Origin: Verrucomicrobiota bacterium
GTDB lineage: Bacteria; Verrucomicrobiota; Verrucomicrobiia; Opitutales; Coraliomargaritaceae
Reading direction: 5' to 3'
DNA: 53,217 nucleotides
Assembly (NCBI GenBank): GCA_039815375.1
Contig: JBCBZJ010000020.1
Coordinates: forward strand, 1-53,217
Shown: positions 11,768 to 22,135 of the stretch, one piece after another
How positions within the stretch are numbered: the stretch's first letter is position 1
Layout of the letters: every line of letters starts with the position of its first letter
The notes under the pieces: model-generated
The model's input: only the letters and a program-made list of their open reading frames with translations
The model's database searches: none
What the model was told of the DNA's origin: nothing
Translations under genes and position numbers: made by a program

Positions 11768-12042
11768 TGGATCATGCCTTGGATCACAAAGGTCGCTCCA
11801 AGTGATAAGCTTAGTTGAGAATAAAAATCAAAAGTAAATTCCTTGCGAATTCTCACGAGTATTTGCTTTGGGCCGGCGACAATCGACCGGCGTGAGAGTG
11901 ATCCCAACGTTTTCTCTGAACAAAAAAAAACAGGCACTTGATTACATGGAAACTTTTCACCGCGTATCAATAAGCGGTTTAATTTAGAAAACGCTTGCTC
12001 AAAGCAGCCTCTAAAATTAAGATTTACTAATTCTAAAATAAA

Positions 12043-13548
12043 ATGAAATCAGTTATTCTTAATAATAATGTTCTCCGCGACGGTCACCAAAGCCTTGCCG
12101 CAACCCGCATGAAGACCGATCAGATGCTTCCGGTCTGTGAGCAACTCGACAACTGGGGTTTTGGTGCTCTTGAGACCTGGGGTGGCGCAACAATCGACTC
12201 TGGCCTACGCTTTCTCGATGAATTTCCGTTCGATCGGCTCGATGCGCTGAAAAAAGCCTGCCCGAAGACACCACATATGATGCTGCTCCGCGGTCAGAAC
12301 ATCGTCCAATACGCCCACTTTCCTGATGACGTGGTCGAGGCATTTATCAGGACGAGTGCCGATCACGGCATGAACATCTTCCGTATCTTCGACGCGCTCA
12401 ACGACACTCGAAATATGAAGTGTGCGATCGATGTTGCAAAAGCGGCCGGACAAAAAGCACATGGCACGATTTGCTATACCAGTAGCCCGGTTCATACGGC
12501 AGACAAGTTCATCGAGATGGGAGTGGAGCTCGAGAAAATGGGCGCGGATGCCATCGTATTGAAAGACATGGCGGGACTGATTCCTCCGATGGAAGCCTTC
12601 GCTATCATAAAAGGACTGAAGTCTAAAATTAAGATTCCGGTCTGGATTCACACCCATGATACTGCAGGCCTCGGTGCCAGCACTTATATGTCGGCAATCG
12701 ATGCGGGAGTCGATGCGATTGACCTGTCTGTCTCTCCTTTCGCAAACGGCACCGGCCAGCCTGACACGACTCGCATGCTTGCCCTCCTGAAGGGCCACCG
12801 ACGTTGCCCTGAGGTTAGTGAGGCTCAGTTAGCAACTCTTAAGGAAATCCGTGCACACCTGGAAATAGTCTATGAGGAACTCTCCGATTTCACAGAGCAT
12901 AAAAACGAGATTATCGACGTTGATACCCTCGAGTATCAGGTCCCGGGTGGTATGCTTTCGAACTTCCGCACACAGCTTAAGGAGCAGAAAATGGAAGATC
13001 AGTTCGACCAAGTCTTTCGCGAAATTCCGGTAGTGCGTGAGGCACTGGGCTGGATACCGCTGGTCACACCAACCTCACAAATCGTTGGAATGCAGGCCTT
13101 TCTCAATGTGAAATTCGGCCGCTGGAAGCAGATTTCCCCACAGGCCGCTGATATCGCACTCGGCTACTACGGCCGCTGCCCTGCCCCAGTCAGTCCCGAG
13201 GTACAAGCACTTGCCGCAAAACAATTTGGCAAAGAGCCAATCTCGTGCCGTCCGGTCGAATCACCTAAGGCCGTTCACAAGCACATGGACGACCTGAAGA
13301 AGGAGCTGGATGCAAAAGGCTTCCCGAGTGATCCTGAGCACTGCGTAATTCACGCTATGTTCCCGCAGCAGCTCGAAGCTCATATCAAGGGGACTCATAA
13401 GCCTCGACCAGTTGCTAAACCAGCAGATACACCCAAGGCTGAAGCACCAGCCACAGCTGAATCCGCATCCAGCAAAGGCCCGACCAGGAAATATGGCATT
13501 ACCATCAATGGAAAGCGCCTTGAGGTCGGCGTCGAAGAACTTGTTTAA
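12043..13548 (+). CDS. Oxaloacetate decarboxylase alpha / pyruvate carboxylase subunit B-type carboxyltransferase without a biotinyl domain
   Basis: LRDGHQSL, ETWGGAT, LKDMAG, HTHDT, QVPGGM, LVTPTSQIVG; no AMKM motif. Confidence 0.9.
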   Translation: MKSVILNNNVLRDGHQSLAATRMKTDQMLPVCEQLDNWGFGALETWGGATIDSGLRFLDEFPFDRLDALKKACPKTPHMMLLRGQNIVQYAHFPDDVVEAFIRTSADHGMNIFRIFDALNDTRNMKCAIDVAKAAGQKAHGTICYTSSPVHTADKFIEMGVELEKMGADAIVLKDMAGLIPPMEAFAIIKGLKSKIKIPVWIHTHDTAGLGASTYMSAIDAGVDAIDLSVSPFANGTGQPDTTRMLALLKGHRRCPEVSEAQLATLKEIRAHLEIVYEELSDFTEHKNEIIDVDTLEYQVPGGMLSNFRTQLKEQKMEDQFDQVFREIPVVREALGWIPLVTPTSQIVGMQAFLNVKFGRWKQISPQAADIALGYYGRCPAPVSPEVQALAAKQFGKEPISCRPVESPKAVHKHMDDLKKELDAKGFPSDPEHCVIHAMFPQQLEAHIKGTHKPRPVAKPADTPKAEAPATAESASSKGPTRKYGITINGKRLEVGVEELV

Positions 13549-13742
13549 CTATTCAGCTAAAGAGATGCTTGAGAATATGAACAGGCACCAGACCATGAGC
13601 ATGAGGGTTGAAATCGAACGATACGAATGAACCTTTCGACCATCCGATTAGGCGACATAAGTATCTTTCTATCAGATATAAGGATACTTAACTGGGTGGC
13701 TTTAGCACAAGAGCTGGCAAAATCTGCAAGCACTGATCAAAC

Positions 13743-14549
13743 TCAAAGAGTCGGCACTGCTTCCAGCAGCTTTTTCGTGTAGGGATGCTGAGGATTATTA
13801 TAAATAGCCTCTGCGTCGGCCTGCTCAACAATCTTGCCTTCGGACATAACAAGGACGTCGTCACTAATGTGCTCCACGACCGCAAGATCGTGAGCGATAA
13901 AGAGATAGGTAAGCCCTAGCTCATCCTGAAGGTCCTGAAGCAGGTTTACAATCTGCGCCTGCACCGAGACATCCAGCGCACTGACGGGCTCGTCGCAGAT
14001 GATAAACTCAGGCTCGACCGCGAGGGCACGTGCAATACCGATGCGCTGACGCTGCCCGCCGGAGAATTGGTGCGGATAGCGCTGCATAAAATCAGCATCG
14101 AGGCCTACCTTCTTGAGCAGCTCCGCGACACGATCTTGTTTCTGACTACGCGACCAGTCCCTGAAATGAATATCGAGCGGCTCGGCGATAATGCTATAAA
14201 TCGTCATGCGTGGATTGAGCGAACCGAAAGGGTCTTGAAAAATGACCTGCATCTTTTTTCGGTAGCTCAGAAACTCAGTCCTCGTCAGGCCGTTTAGTTC
14301 CACGCCTTCATAAGTAATCGTTCCCTCCGTGATAGGCACAAGTCTAGCGATCGCTCTGCCCGTGGTAGTCTTACCACTGCCACTTTCACCAACAAGACCG
14401 ACAGTTTTCCCTTTTGGCACATCGAAGGTGATACCGTCCACCGCCCTGACATAGTCGAGGGTGCGCTGGAGCACCCCACCTTTAACTGGAAAATGGACTT
14501 TTAAGCCACGAACCGAAAGTAAATTTATGTTACTGTCTGCCTCAGACAT
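13743..14549 (-). CDS. Oligopeptide/dipeptide ABC transporter ATP-binding protein (OppF/AppF-like)
   Basis: [36 protein letters not shown]. Confidence 0.92.
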   Translation of the reverse strand: MSEADSNINLLSVRGLKVHFPVKGGVLQRTLDYVRAVDGITFDVPKGKTVGLVGESGSGKTTTGRAIARLVPITEGTITYEGVELNGLTRTEFLSYRKKMQVIFQDPFGSLNPRMTIYSIIAEPLDIHFRDWSRSQKQDRVAELLKKVGLDADFMQRYPHQFSGGQRQRIGIARALAVEPEFIICDEPVSALDVSVQAQIVNLLQDLQDELGLTYLFIAHDLAVVEHISDDVLVMSEGKIVEQADAEAIYNNPQHPYTKKLLEAVPTL

Positions 14550-14648
14550 GGTTTGCAGTAGTATGCATCCAATCAGTGGATGCAACCCTCCTTGGAACTC
14601 AAAGCTAGACTATTTTTCCAAACACCGGAACATGGCGCGTTTAACTCA

Positions 14649-15812
14649 ATGAGCGAATCTCCTATCAAAGTTCCCTTACTCGACCTCAAGCCTCAGTATC
14701 AGGCTCACTCCGACGAGCTTGATGCCGCTCTGGCTAAAGTAGTGAAGTCGCAGTATTTCATACTCGGCCCGGAAGTGCAGTGCTTCGAGCAAGACGTCGC
14801 GAATTACTGCGGCGTTCAACATGCGGTCGGCGTCTCCTCCGGAACCGATGCCTTGATTGTTGCTATGATGGCGATGGGAATCGGCGAAGGTGACGAGGTC
14901 ATTACCTCTCCCTATACCTTCTTCGGGACTGTCGGCTCGATCGTTCGACTGGGAGCAAAACCCGTCTTTGTCGACATTGAGCCAGGCAGTTTCAATATTG
15001 ACGTTTCCAAAATCGAAGCCGCCATCACACCAAAAACACGTGTGATCGCTCCGGTTCACCTCTTCGGCCAAATGGCTCCAATGAGGGAAATAAATCGCAT
15101 CGCGCGCGACCACGAGCTCCTGGTGATTGAAGATGCGGCACAAGCTATCGGCGCACGGCAAAACGATCGGCCAGCCTGTTCTTTCGGCCACGTTGGATGC
15201 CTCTCCTTCTTTCCAACCAAGAATCTCGGTGGTTTTGGTGACGGCGGTATGGTGGTCACGGATGATGCGGAATACGCGAATATCGCGCGCCAGATTCGCA
15301 ATCACGGAATGGAGCCCAAATACTTTCACTCCCGCGTAGGTGGCAACTTTCGGCTCGATGCCCTGCAAGCCGCAGTTCTCAACGTCAAACTCAAGCACCT
15401 TGAAGGCTGGCATCAGCAGCGGCGGATCAATGCCGACCTCTACCGTAAATTCTTTGATGCGGCAGGGTTGAGCCGCGAGGCTTCAGCTCTCGACTCAGGC
15501 TTGAATCAGGGAATCCTCCTTCCATCCGAAAGCGAAGGTAATAGTCATATCTATAATCAGTTTGTCATTTATGCTGAAGAACGCGACGAACTCATGGCCC
15601 ACTTGAAAGCCAACGATGTAGGCTGCGAAATCTACTACCCACTCTCCCTCCACGAACAGGAATGCTTCCGGATGCTGGGCTATGCCAAAGGCGATTTTCC
15701 TCATTCAGAACGCGCCGCTGCGATGAGTCTTGCACTACCGATCTACCCCGACCTCACACCAGAGATGATCGAGCGCGTCGTTGAAGTCATAAGCGACTTT
15801 TTTGCCTCCTGA
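14649..15812 (+). CDS. DegT/DnrJ-family PLP aminotransferase (GnnB/WbpE-like)
   Basis: [43 protein letters not shown]. Confidence 0.9.
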   Translation: MSESPIKVPLLDLKPQYQAHSDELDAALAKVVKSQYFILGPEVQCFEQDVANYCGVQHAVGVSSGTDALIVAMMAMGIGEGDEVITSPYTFFGTVGSIVRLGAKPVFVDIEPGSFNIDVSKIEAAITPKTRVIAPVHLFGQMAPMREINRIARDHELLVIEDAAQAIGARQNDRPACSFGHVGCLSFFPTKNLGGFGDGGMVVTDDAEYANIARQIRNHGMEPKYFHSRVGGNFRLDALQAAVLNVKLKHLEGWHQQRRINADLYRKFFDAAGLSREASALDSGLNQGILLPSESEGNSHIYNQFVIYAEERDELMAHLKANDVGCEIYYPLSLHEQECFRMLGYAKGDFPHSERAAAMSLALPIYPDLTPEMIERVVEVISDFFAS

Positions 15813-17560
15813 TGATTCTGAAGCGGTTCAGCCCTTACTTCGCCTACTTAAAGGAAGTTCGCCTCCAGTTCCTCATTGGGCTGGTCGCAGGTATCGTCGC
15901 GGCAGCCGCATCGGGCGCCGGACTGCCCTTTGTCATCAAAGTCGTGGTGCCGCTTGTCACTGCACCTGATGCACCGACGGGCTTCGCGCTCATTGGCATA
16001 CTCCTTGTTATCCCAGCAGTGTTTCTCTTTCGCGCCAGCGGCACTTTTTTAAACGCCTACTACATGGCATATGCTGGGATGCACGTGCTGGAGCAGGTAA
16101 GAATAAAAGTCTTTGCCAGACTGCAGATACTTCCGCTCGCATTTTTCCAGAAACATCAAAGCGGAGATCTGATGAGCCGCGTAACGGCCGATACGCTTAT
16201 CCTTCAGGCAGCAGTTATCGGAACGGTCAACAGTCTGGTCAAGGAACCGGCTACCTTGCTCAGTGCCGCAAGCTTTCTCGTCTATCTTTCAATTACATCA
16301 GACAACATCTACTCTTTGCTGATTGCCCTGGCGAGTTTGCCCTGTTGCGTCCTACCGATTCGGTTTATCGGCAGGAAGATATTTGTGAAAGCGCGCAAAG
16401 CTCAGGAGGAAGCCGGAACCATCAATAGTGTCCTGAACGAGAATCTGGCAGCTGCCCGGGAAGTGCGTGCCTATAACTTAAAGGGGCGTGAAACCCGTCG
16501 CTTCTCAGAAGCCTGTCGCTCCTTCTTTAAGCACTCGCTCAAAACCGTAAAGTATGACAAAGCACTTACACCGATAATTGAACTGGTCACAGCCCTGGTC
16601 ATTCCGGTCGCACTTTATGTCGCTGTGGTGCGCGACCTCAAACCCGAAGATATCGCTGCCATCGTTACTGCACTCTACATGTGCTACGAACCGGTCAAAA
16701 GGCTGGGCAAGGTCTCAAATAAGCTGAAGAAAGCAGAGGCCTCGCTGGATCGACTCGAATACATTCTGGAGAGCCAAGACACCGTCCCGGAAACATCTGA
16801 GCCGACACCAATCGGCTCCGTTAAGGGCAAGATTCGCTTTGAAGACGTCCATTTCGCCTATACAGACGAAATTGTCCTACGAGGGATCACAACTGAGATT
16901 GCCGAAGGTGAATCCGTCGCCCTGGTCGGACCCAGCGGGGCCGGCAAATCGACTTTTGCAAATCTCGTTCTACGGTTTTATGACCCAACCAGTGGACGCA
17001 TTTTGATCGATGGCCTTGACGTCCGGGATGTAGCCACAGCTGAACTTCGAGAGCACGTTGCGCTCGTTTCCCAGGAAGCGGTTTTATTCAGCGACTCTAT
17101 TGCTAATAATATTCGCCTCGGCAAACAACATGCGAGCGACGAGGAGATAGTCAAAGCGGCAAAAATGGCGCAGGCCCATGAGTTTATCGAAGCACTCGAC
17201 GAGGGCTACGAAACAGAAGTCGGCGAACGGGGCTCTCGCCTTTCTGGCGGCCAAAGGCAACGCATCGCAATCGCCCGCGCCTTCCTAAAAGATGCCCCCA
17301 TTATCGTTCTGGATGAACCGACCTCGGCCCTTGATGCCGAAAGCGAACACCAGATTCAAGTCGCACTCGAAGAATTATCCAAAGGCCGAACTGTGCTCGT
17401 CATTGCTCATCGTTTCAGCACCATACAACACAGCGACCGAATACTTGTCTTCAATCAAGGAGAAGTTGTTGCTACCGGCACACATAACGAATTATACAAA
17501 ACCAGTGATCTCTATCGTAGTCTTTACGAAAAGCAGACACACACTAAATTGGAAAACTAG
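15812..17560 (+). CDS. msbA: MsbA-like lipid ABC exporter
   Basis: N-terminal TM domain plus [29 protein letters not shown]. Confidence 0.75.
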   Translation: MILKRFSPYFAYLKEVRLQFLIGLVAGIVAAAASGAGLPFVIKVVVPLVTAPDAPTGFALIGILLVIPAVFLFRASGTFLNAYYMAYAGMHVLEQVRIKVFARLQILPLAFFQKHQSGDLMSRVTADTLILQAAVIGTVNSLVKEPATLLSAASFLVYLSITSDNIYSLLIALASLPCCVLPIRFIGRKIFVKARKAQEEAGTINSVLNENLAAAREVRAYNLKGRETRRFSEACRSFFKHSLKTVKYDKALTPIIELVTALVIPVALYVAVVRDLKPEDIAAIVTALYMCYEPVKRLGKVSNKLKKAEASLDRLEYILESQDTVPETSEPTPIGSVKGKIRFEDVHFAYTDEIVLRGITTEIAEGESVALVGPSGAGKSTFANLVLRFYDPTSGRILIDGLDVRDVATAELREHVALVSQEAVLFSDSIANNIRLGKQHASDEEIVKAAKMAQAHEFIEALDEGYETEVGERGSRLSGGQRQRIAIARAFLKDAPIIVLDEPTSALDAESEHQIQVALEELSKGRTVLVIAHRFSTIQHSDRILVFNQGEVVATGTHNELYKTSDLYRSLYEKQTHTKLEN

Positions 17561-17566
17561 CAGACT

Positions 17567-17734
17567 ATGAAAAAACCAACACGCTTCATTGCCCTTTCTG
17601 CACTAATCTTCGTCGCACTGTTCATTTCGGCATGTACTTCAACCAAGTCCCAAAACGGTGTGACGATTGAAAAGAAACGAAACCTGAATCCTCTGAACTA
17701 CATTCCTGACATTCCGGGGATCAATATCAATTAG
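17567..17734 (+). CDS. 55-aa small lipoprotein (absent from the ORF track)
   Basis: MKKPTRFIALSALIFVALFISAC...: basic N-region, hydrophobic core, ISAC lipobox; starts 6 bp after the msbA stop. Confidence 0.75.
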   Translation: MKKPTRFIALSALIFVALFISACTSTKSQNGVTIEKKRNLNPLNYIPDIPGININ

Positions 17735-18447
17735 CTGCGGCCGACCCGCATCAGCTGAGGTGTCACCACATCGAGTTCTTTTTCATGCGAGCTCCGCTGC
17801 GGATCATAAGCTTCCAGCAGTTTCCAGAAGCGCGGAGAATGGTTCATTTCTTTGAGATGTGCCAGTTCGTGCAGGATAACGTAATCTTGTAAGGTCGGCT
17901 CCAGCAAAACCAACCTCCAGTTAAGTGAGATCGCCCGGCTGCTGGTGCAGGAACCCCAGCGACTCGACTGGTCACGAACCGTCAGCTTGCTGTATTTCAA
18001 CCCAAGACGTCTGGCTTGGTAAGCCACGCGAGCGTTCAACACATCCTTCGCAAAATTCCGCACCAGCTTGAGGATTGCAATATCGCGACCGACTAAAGGC
18101 AGATGCAGATGAACATCAGCTCCCTCTTTTTCGAAACTATAGCATAGGCGCTTCTCACCCGTTTCATTGATAAAGACCGTGAAACAATCACCGCTGGCCG
18201 ACAAATAAGGCGACTTGGCAAACCACTCAAAAAGATTCATCGGAGCCGGCGTTTGCCTGAGCTGCACTTCCAGCCAACTCCTGTTTTTCTCAATAAATCT
18301 CGCGCATTCACGGTCCGGGCAATGCCAAGGCAGCGAGGCGATAATTTGGTTGGCAGGCCCAAGACTCAGGCGCAGATGACGCGTGCCTTTACGGCGACGA
18401 ATTTCAACGGGCACAAGTTGTCCCGCAGAAGTTTTAAATTCAGCCAT
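17731..18447 (-). CDS. YgjP/DUF45 (M48-like) zinc-dependent hydrolase
   Basis: RDQSSRWGSC, LNWRL, YVILHELAHL..NHSPRFW. Confidence 0.9.
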   Translation of the reverse strand: MAEFKTSAGQLVPVEIRRRKGTRHLRLSLGPANQIIASLPWHCPDRECARFIEKNRSWLEVQLRQTPAPMNLFEWFAKSPYLSASGDCFTVFINETGEKRLCYSFEKEGADVHLHLPLVGRDIAILKLVRNFAKDVLNARVAYQARRLGLKYSKLTVRDQSSRWGSCTSSRAISLNWRLVLLEPTLQDYVILHELAHLKEMNHSPRFWKLLEAYDPQRSSHEKELDVVTPQLMRVGRS

Positions 18448-19102
18448 CGCCGCTTTCCAGCTCATCAACGATACGCTGAGCATGCCGCCTCAGCGCAGTT
18501 TCCGGATCGAGCTTCTTTCTCCGGCAGGCCGCTGCAATTTCAAAAAGCCACTTGCCCAGCTCAGCCTCATCACTGAAGGAACCGGCAGCAGCATCGACTG
18601 CAGATTGATCGATAAGCTCACCAGCATCCATCTGCTGCTTCTCGATTTGCTTGAAAACATCCTTTGCAAACATCAGGGCAGGCAACTGCTGCGGCAGGTC
18701 CTTGAACCTTCCCTTCTGCTCAGGACCACGCTTTTTCTCTGCAGCCTTGATCGCATCCCACCGTTGAAGAACGTCCTCGGAATCACTCAATTTCTCGTCG
18801 CCAAAAACGTGAGGATGTCGGCGCACCAGTTTCTCATTCACCACTGCACAAACGGCTTGAAAATCAAAATGCCCGGCTTCCTGCGCAATTTGCGCGTGCA
18901 TCACGACCTGCATAAGTACATCGCCCAGTTCCTCTTCCATATGCGACATATCGAGCCGATCAATCGTCTGAAGCAGCTCGCAACACTCATCGATCAGGCA
19001 CTCGGCCAGTGACTGGTGGTCCTGCTCAATGTCCCAAGGGCAACCGGTCTCCGGATGACGGAGCGCGGCGACCGTTTCAATAAGCTCATCTATAGAAGCC
19101 AT
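18440..19102 (-). CDS. mazG: MazG-family nucleoside triphosphate pyrophosphohydrolase
   Basis: GCPWD.EQ, EEELGDVL.QVV.HA, KLVRRHPHVF. Confidence 0.92.
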   Translation of the reverse strand: MASIDELIETVAALRHPETGCPWDIEQDHQSLAECLIDECCELLQTIDRLDMSHMEEELGDVLMQVVMHAQIAQEAGHFDFQAVCAVVNEKLVRRHPHVFGDEKLSDSEDVLQRWDAIKAAEKKRGPEQKGRFKDLPQQLPALMFAKDVFKQIEKQQMDAGELIDQSAVDAAAGSFSDEAELGKWLFEIAAACRRKKLDPETALRRHAQRIVDELESGDG

Positions 19103-19150
19103 AGGCCAGAGCTAGTGGGCCAAAGCTGATTGGCGAACGAAATCGAAAAA

Positions 19151-19501
19151 TCAGCCGATTTTCTGTGCCCACTCAGTTTCCTTGAAACCGACGAACCCAA
19201 AATCCTCACCCAACAGGAACGGCCGTTTCACAAGATTCCCGCGCCCGGACAGCAATTCAATCGCGTCTGGGACGGACATCTCCGGAAGCTTCGTCTTCAT
19301 GTCGAGCTCGCGATAATCACCACCAGCGGTGTTGAAGAGCTTGCGCAGCTCACCATCCTGATACTCCAGCATTCGATAAAGCTCTTCCGAAGAGGGGGGC
19401 GTCTCGCGGATTGCACGCTCCTCGTAGGAAACGCCTTTTGTGTCTAGCCACTTAATTGCTTTTTTGCAGGTCGAGCAGCCTTTGTAGGTATAAATTATCA
19501 T
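19151..19501 (-). CDS. ArsC/Spx (YffB-like) family protein
   Basis: CSTCKKA, LFNTAG, LVKRP. Confidence 0.9.
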   Translation of the reverse strand: MIIYTYKGCSTCKKAIKWLDTKGVSYEERAIRETPPSSEELYRMLEYQDGELRKLFNTAGGDYRELDMKTKLPEMSVPDAIELLSGRGNLVKRPFLLGEDFGFVGFKETEWAQKIG

Positions 19502-19723
19502 GTTAAACCAAGAGGATTCAGTCTGCACAGCCGAAGGAAAGCGAAATCTGGACATGCCATGAAATATTAGGACTACTGACCACAAAAAGGATCATGTCTC
19601 GTGCGGGATATTGACAATTTTTGATAAATTTTCGCGATCGTAACTCTTCTAAAAGACAAAATCCTCACTTCAGTCAGAATGTCGTTGTCATCTAAGGTTT
19701 TAGACGTGCATAGTGAACCCTTT

Positions 19724-20758
19724 ATGAGTCGAAAAGTTACCCTTTTTACCGGACAATGGGCTGATTTGTCTATTGATGAACTACTCCCGCTCGTGAAGCA
19801 AATGGGCTACGACGGTGTCGAGCTTGCTTGCTGGGGCGATCACTTTGAAGTGGGTCGTGCGCTAAGTGAAAACGGCTATGTCGAGTCGATATGGCAAAAG
19901 CTCCAGGCCAACGGCCTAAGCTGCTATGCGATCTCCAACCATCTTGTCGGACAGGCTGTGTGCGACAACATCGATAAGCGTCATGAGGCGATTCTCTCTC
20001 CCGAAATCTGGGGCGTTGGCGAACCTGAAGGTGTTCGCCAACGCGCCGCCGAGGAAATGAAGAATACAGCACGAGCTGCCCGTCGATTCTTCGATGCTCG
20101 CCCGGACGGCTCCGTCCTCACTCCGGTCGTCAATGGCTTCACTGGTTCGTCCATCTGGCACGCGATCTATGCTTTCCCCCCCACCTCCCAGGAATATTAC
20201 GAGCAGGGCTTTAAGGATTTCGCTGATCGCTGGATCCCGATCCTGGATGTTTTCGAAGAAGTCGATGTGAACTTCGCTCTGGAGGTGCATCCCACAGAAA
20301 TCGCCTTTGATATCGCCTCTGCCGAACGCGCTATCGAAGCCGTAAGCGGCCACAAACGCTTCGGTTTCAACTACGATCCCAGCCATCTGGGCTATCAGGG
20401 CGTCGACTACGTGAAGTTTATTCGCCAATTCTCCGACCGCATCTACCACTGCCATATGAAGGACGCATGGTGGGGCCATGGAGATGGAACCGTGGGCGTT
20501 TTTGGCGGCCATACTGATTTCACTGATCCACGCCGCTACTGGGACTTCCGCTCTCTTGGTCACGGCGATATCAAATTCGAGGACGTGATCGTTGCGCTCA
20601 ACGACGTCGCCTACGCAGGACCGCTGTCCGTTGAATGGGAAGACGGACGCATGGACCGTGTTCACGGCGCCACCGAAGCAGCTGCCTTCACCCGCAAGGT
20701 TGACTTTCCCTCCAACTCGGTGGCCTTCGATGCGGCCTTCGACAAGGAGAACCAGTAA
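19724..20758 (+). CDS. Sugar phosphate isomerase/epimerase (IolE-like TIM barrel)
   Basis: FALEVHP, FNYDPSH, HCHMKD, LSVEWED metal-binding motifs. Confidence 0.88.
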   Translation: MSRKVTLFTGQWADLSIDELLPLVKQMGYDGVELACWGDHFEVGRALSENGYVESIWQKLQANGLSCYAISNHLVGQAVCDNIDKRHEAILSPEIWGVGEPEGVRQRAAEEMKNTARAARRFFDARPDGSVLTPVVNGFTGSSIWHAIYAFPPTSQEYYEQGFKDFADRWIPILDVFEEVDVNFALEVHPTEIAFDIASAERAIEAVSGHKRFGFNYDPSHLGYQGVDYVKFIRQFSDRIYHCHMKDAWWGHGDGTVGVFGGHTDFTDPRRYWDFRSLGHGDIKFEDVIVALNDVAYAGPLSVEWEDGRMDRVHGATEAAAFTRKVDFPSNSVAFDAAFDKENQ

Positions 20759-20802
20759 TCACCCTCCTGTAACCATCTTAAAACTTCTGCACAAAAAACA
20801 AT

Positions 20803-21990
20803 ATGGCATCAAAACAACCCCTTAAAGTTGGAATGGTCGGTGGCGGCGGTGGCGCCTTCATCGCTAACCCGCACCAAAAAGCAATCCACTTCGACGGCAC
20901 GCGTAAGGTGCACTCCGTCGCACTTCACCCGGATCCGAAGATCGCCATGGATGAAGCCAATAACTGGCCGTATCCAGTAAAGGGATACGAAAGCTACGAC
21001 GAGATGATCGCCGTACAGAAGGATCTTCCGGAAGAGGATCGCCTCGACTACATTCTTGTCGTCACGCCAAACTTCGTTCACTTCGACCCCTCCTACAAGG
21101 CCCTCGAGGCAGGCATTCCGGTAATATGCGAAAAGCCCCTCACGGTAAACCTCGAAGAATCGGATAAGCTGGTCGCCAAAGCGAAAGAGAAGAATGTTCC
21201 CTTTGGTGTGGCCCACACTTACGTCGGTCACTGGAGCAGCTGGTTCAGCCGCTTCATCGTGCAAAGCGGTCTTCTCGGTGAAGTTCGCTGGGTGGACAGC
21301 TATTATATGCAAGGCTGGCTTGCAGAGAAACTTGAGGACACCGGTCAAATGCAGGCTGCCTGGCGCACGGACCCGAAACGGGCAGGTGCCTCCGGCGCCG
21401 GTGGCGACATCGGGATTCACGCTCTCGAGCAGCTGCGTTTCGTTACCGGCCTGGACGTGACTGAAGTCTCTGCACACTGTGAGTGCATGGTCCCCGGTCG
21501 CCCGATTGACGACCATTTCACAGTTTACGGTAACTTGTCGAATGGTGGTAAATGTTTGGTCCGTGCCTCGCAGATTTGCCACGGTCACCTCAATGACCTC
21601 GGTATCGTCATTGCCGGCACCAAAGGTCTACTCAAATGGCGTCAGGAAGATGCCGAGGCCGTCACCATCTGCCTTCCGGGTCAACCGGACCGCACCTACT
21701 GGCGCGGCGCCGTTTCCGCCAACGACGGCTTCCTCGGCGAAGTTCCGGAAGCATTACTCAACGAGCCGACCATTCCATCCGGCCACGTCGAAGGCCTGCA
21801 CGACGCCTTTGCACGCCTCCACCGCGAGTTCGAAAAGGATGTGCGCGCATGGAAGACAGGCCAGGAATGGAATTGCGATGGAAGCCGCTACGCGAACGTG
21901 GAAGATGGCCGCATGGGTCTTGCATTTATTGATGCTTCGGTCACTTCGCACAAGAACGGCAACGCCTGGACCAAGGTTGACCTGGGCTAA
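20803..21990 (+). CDS. Gfo/Idh/MocA-family NAD-dependent oxidoreductase
   Basis: GMVGGG..AFI, VTPNFVH, CEKP, WRTDP..AG.SG..GDIGIH. Confidence 0.9.
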   Translation: MASKQPLKVGMVGGGGGAFIANPHQKAIHFDGTRKVHSVALHPDPKIAMDEANNWPYPVKGYESYDEMIAVQKDLPEEDRLDYILVVTPNFVHFDPSYKALEAGIPVICEKPLTVNLEESDKLVAKAKEKNVPFGVAHTYVGHWSSWFSRFIVQSGLLGEVRWVDSYYMQGWLAEKLEDTGQMQAAWRTDPKRAGASGAGGDIGIHALEQLRFVTGLDVTEVSAHCECMVPGRPIDDHFTVYGNLSNGGKCLVRASQICHGHLNDLGIVIAGTKGLLKWRQEDAEAVTICLPGQPDRTYWRGAVSANDGFLGEVPEALLNEPTIPSGHVEGLHDAFARLHREFEKDVRAWKTGQEWNCDGSRYANVEDGRMGLAFIDASVTSHKNGNAWTKVDLG

Positions 21991-22012
21991 ATTCGGAGAG
22001 AAGATTTTTTCC

Positions 22013-22045
22013 AGCCCGGGTTGATCATTCAATCCGGGCTTTTTT
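22013..22045 (+). terminator. Intrinsic terminator
   Basis: AGCCCGGGTTGA-TCAT-TCAATCCGGGCT-TTTTT. Confidence 0.85.
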
Positions 22046-22067
22046 ATCGCAATCAACACCCCTGCGG

Positions 22068-22100
22068 ATTGTTAATCAGATTTTAAATTGAATTAATAAT
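22068..22100. promoter_or_regulatory. Imperfect palindrome with BirA-operator-like geometry
   Basis: ATTGTTAAT-N15-ATTAATAAT, 35 bp upstream of the TBDR start; the region is AT-rich, so this is uncertain. Confidence 0.35.
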
Positions 22101-22135
22101 TGATTTCCTACCACTCGGACTCTTTTTCTCTCCGA

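Noticed and set aside
19916..21588. Long antisense ORFs (249 and 259 aa; similarly 14676-15413, 18383-19012, 32854-33513, 45045-45755)
   Set aside because: Shadow frames of well-supported genes with biased codon usage; no recognisable motifs
22046..22135. Cobalamin or TPP riboswitch upstream of the TBDR
   Set aside because: Only ~90 AT-rich bp are available and no conserved riboswitch motifs are visible
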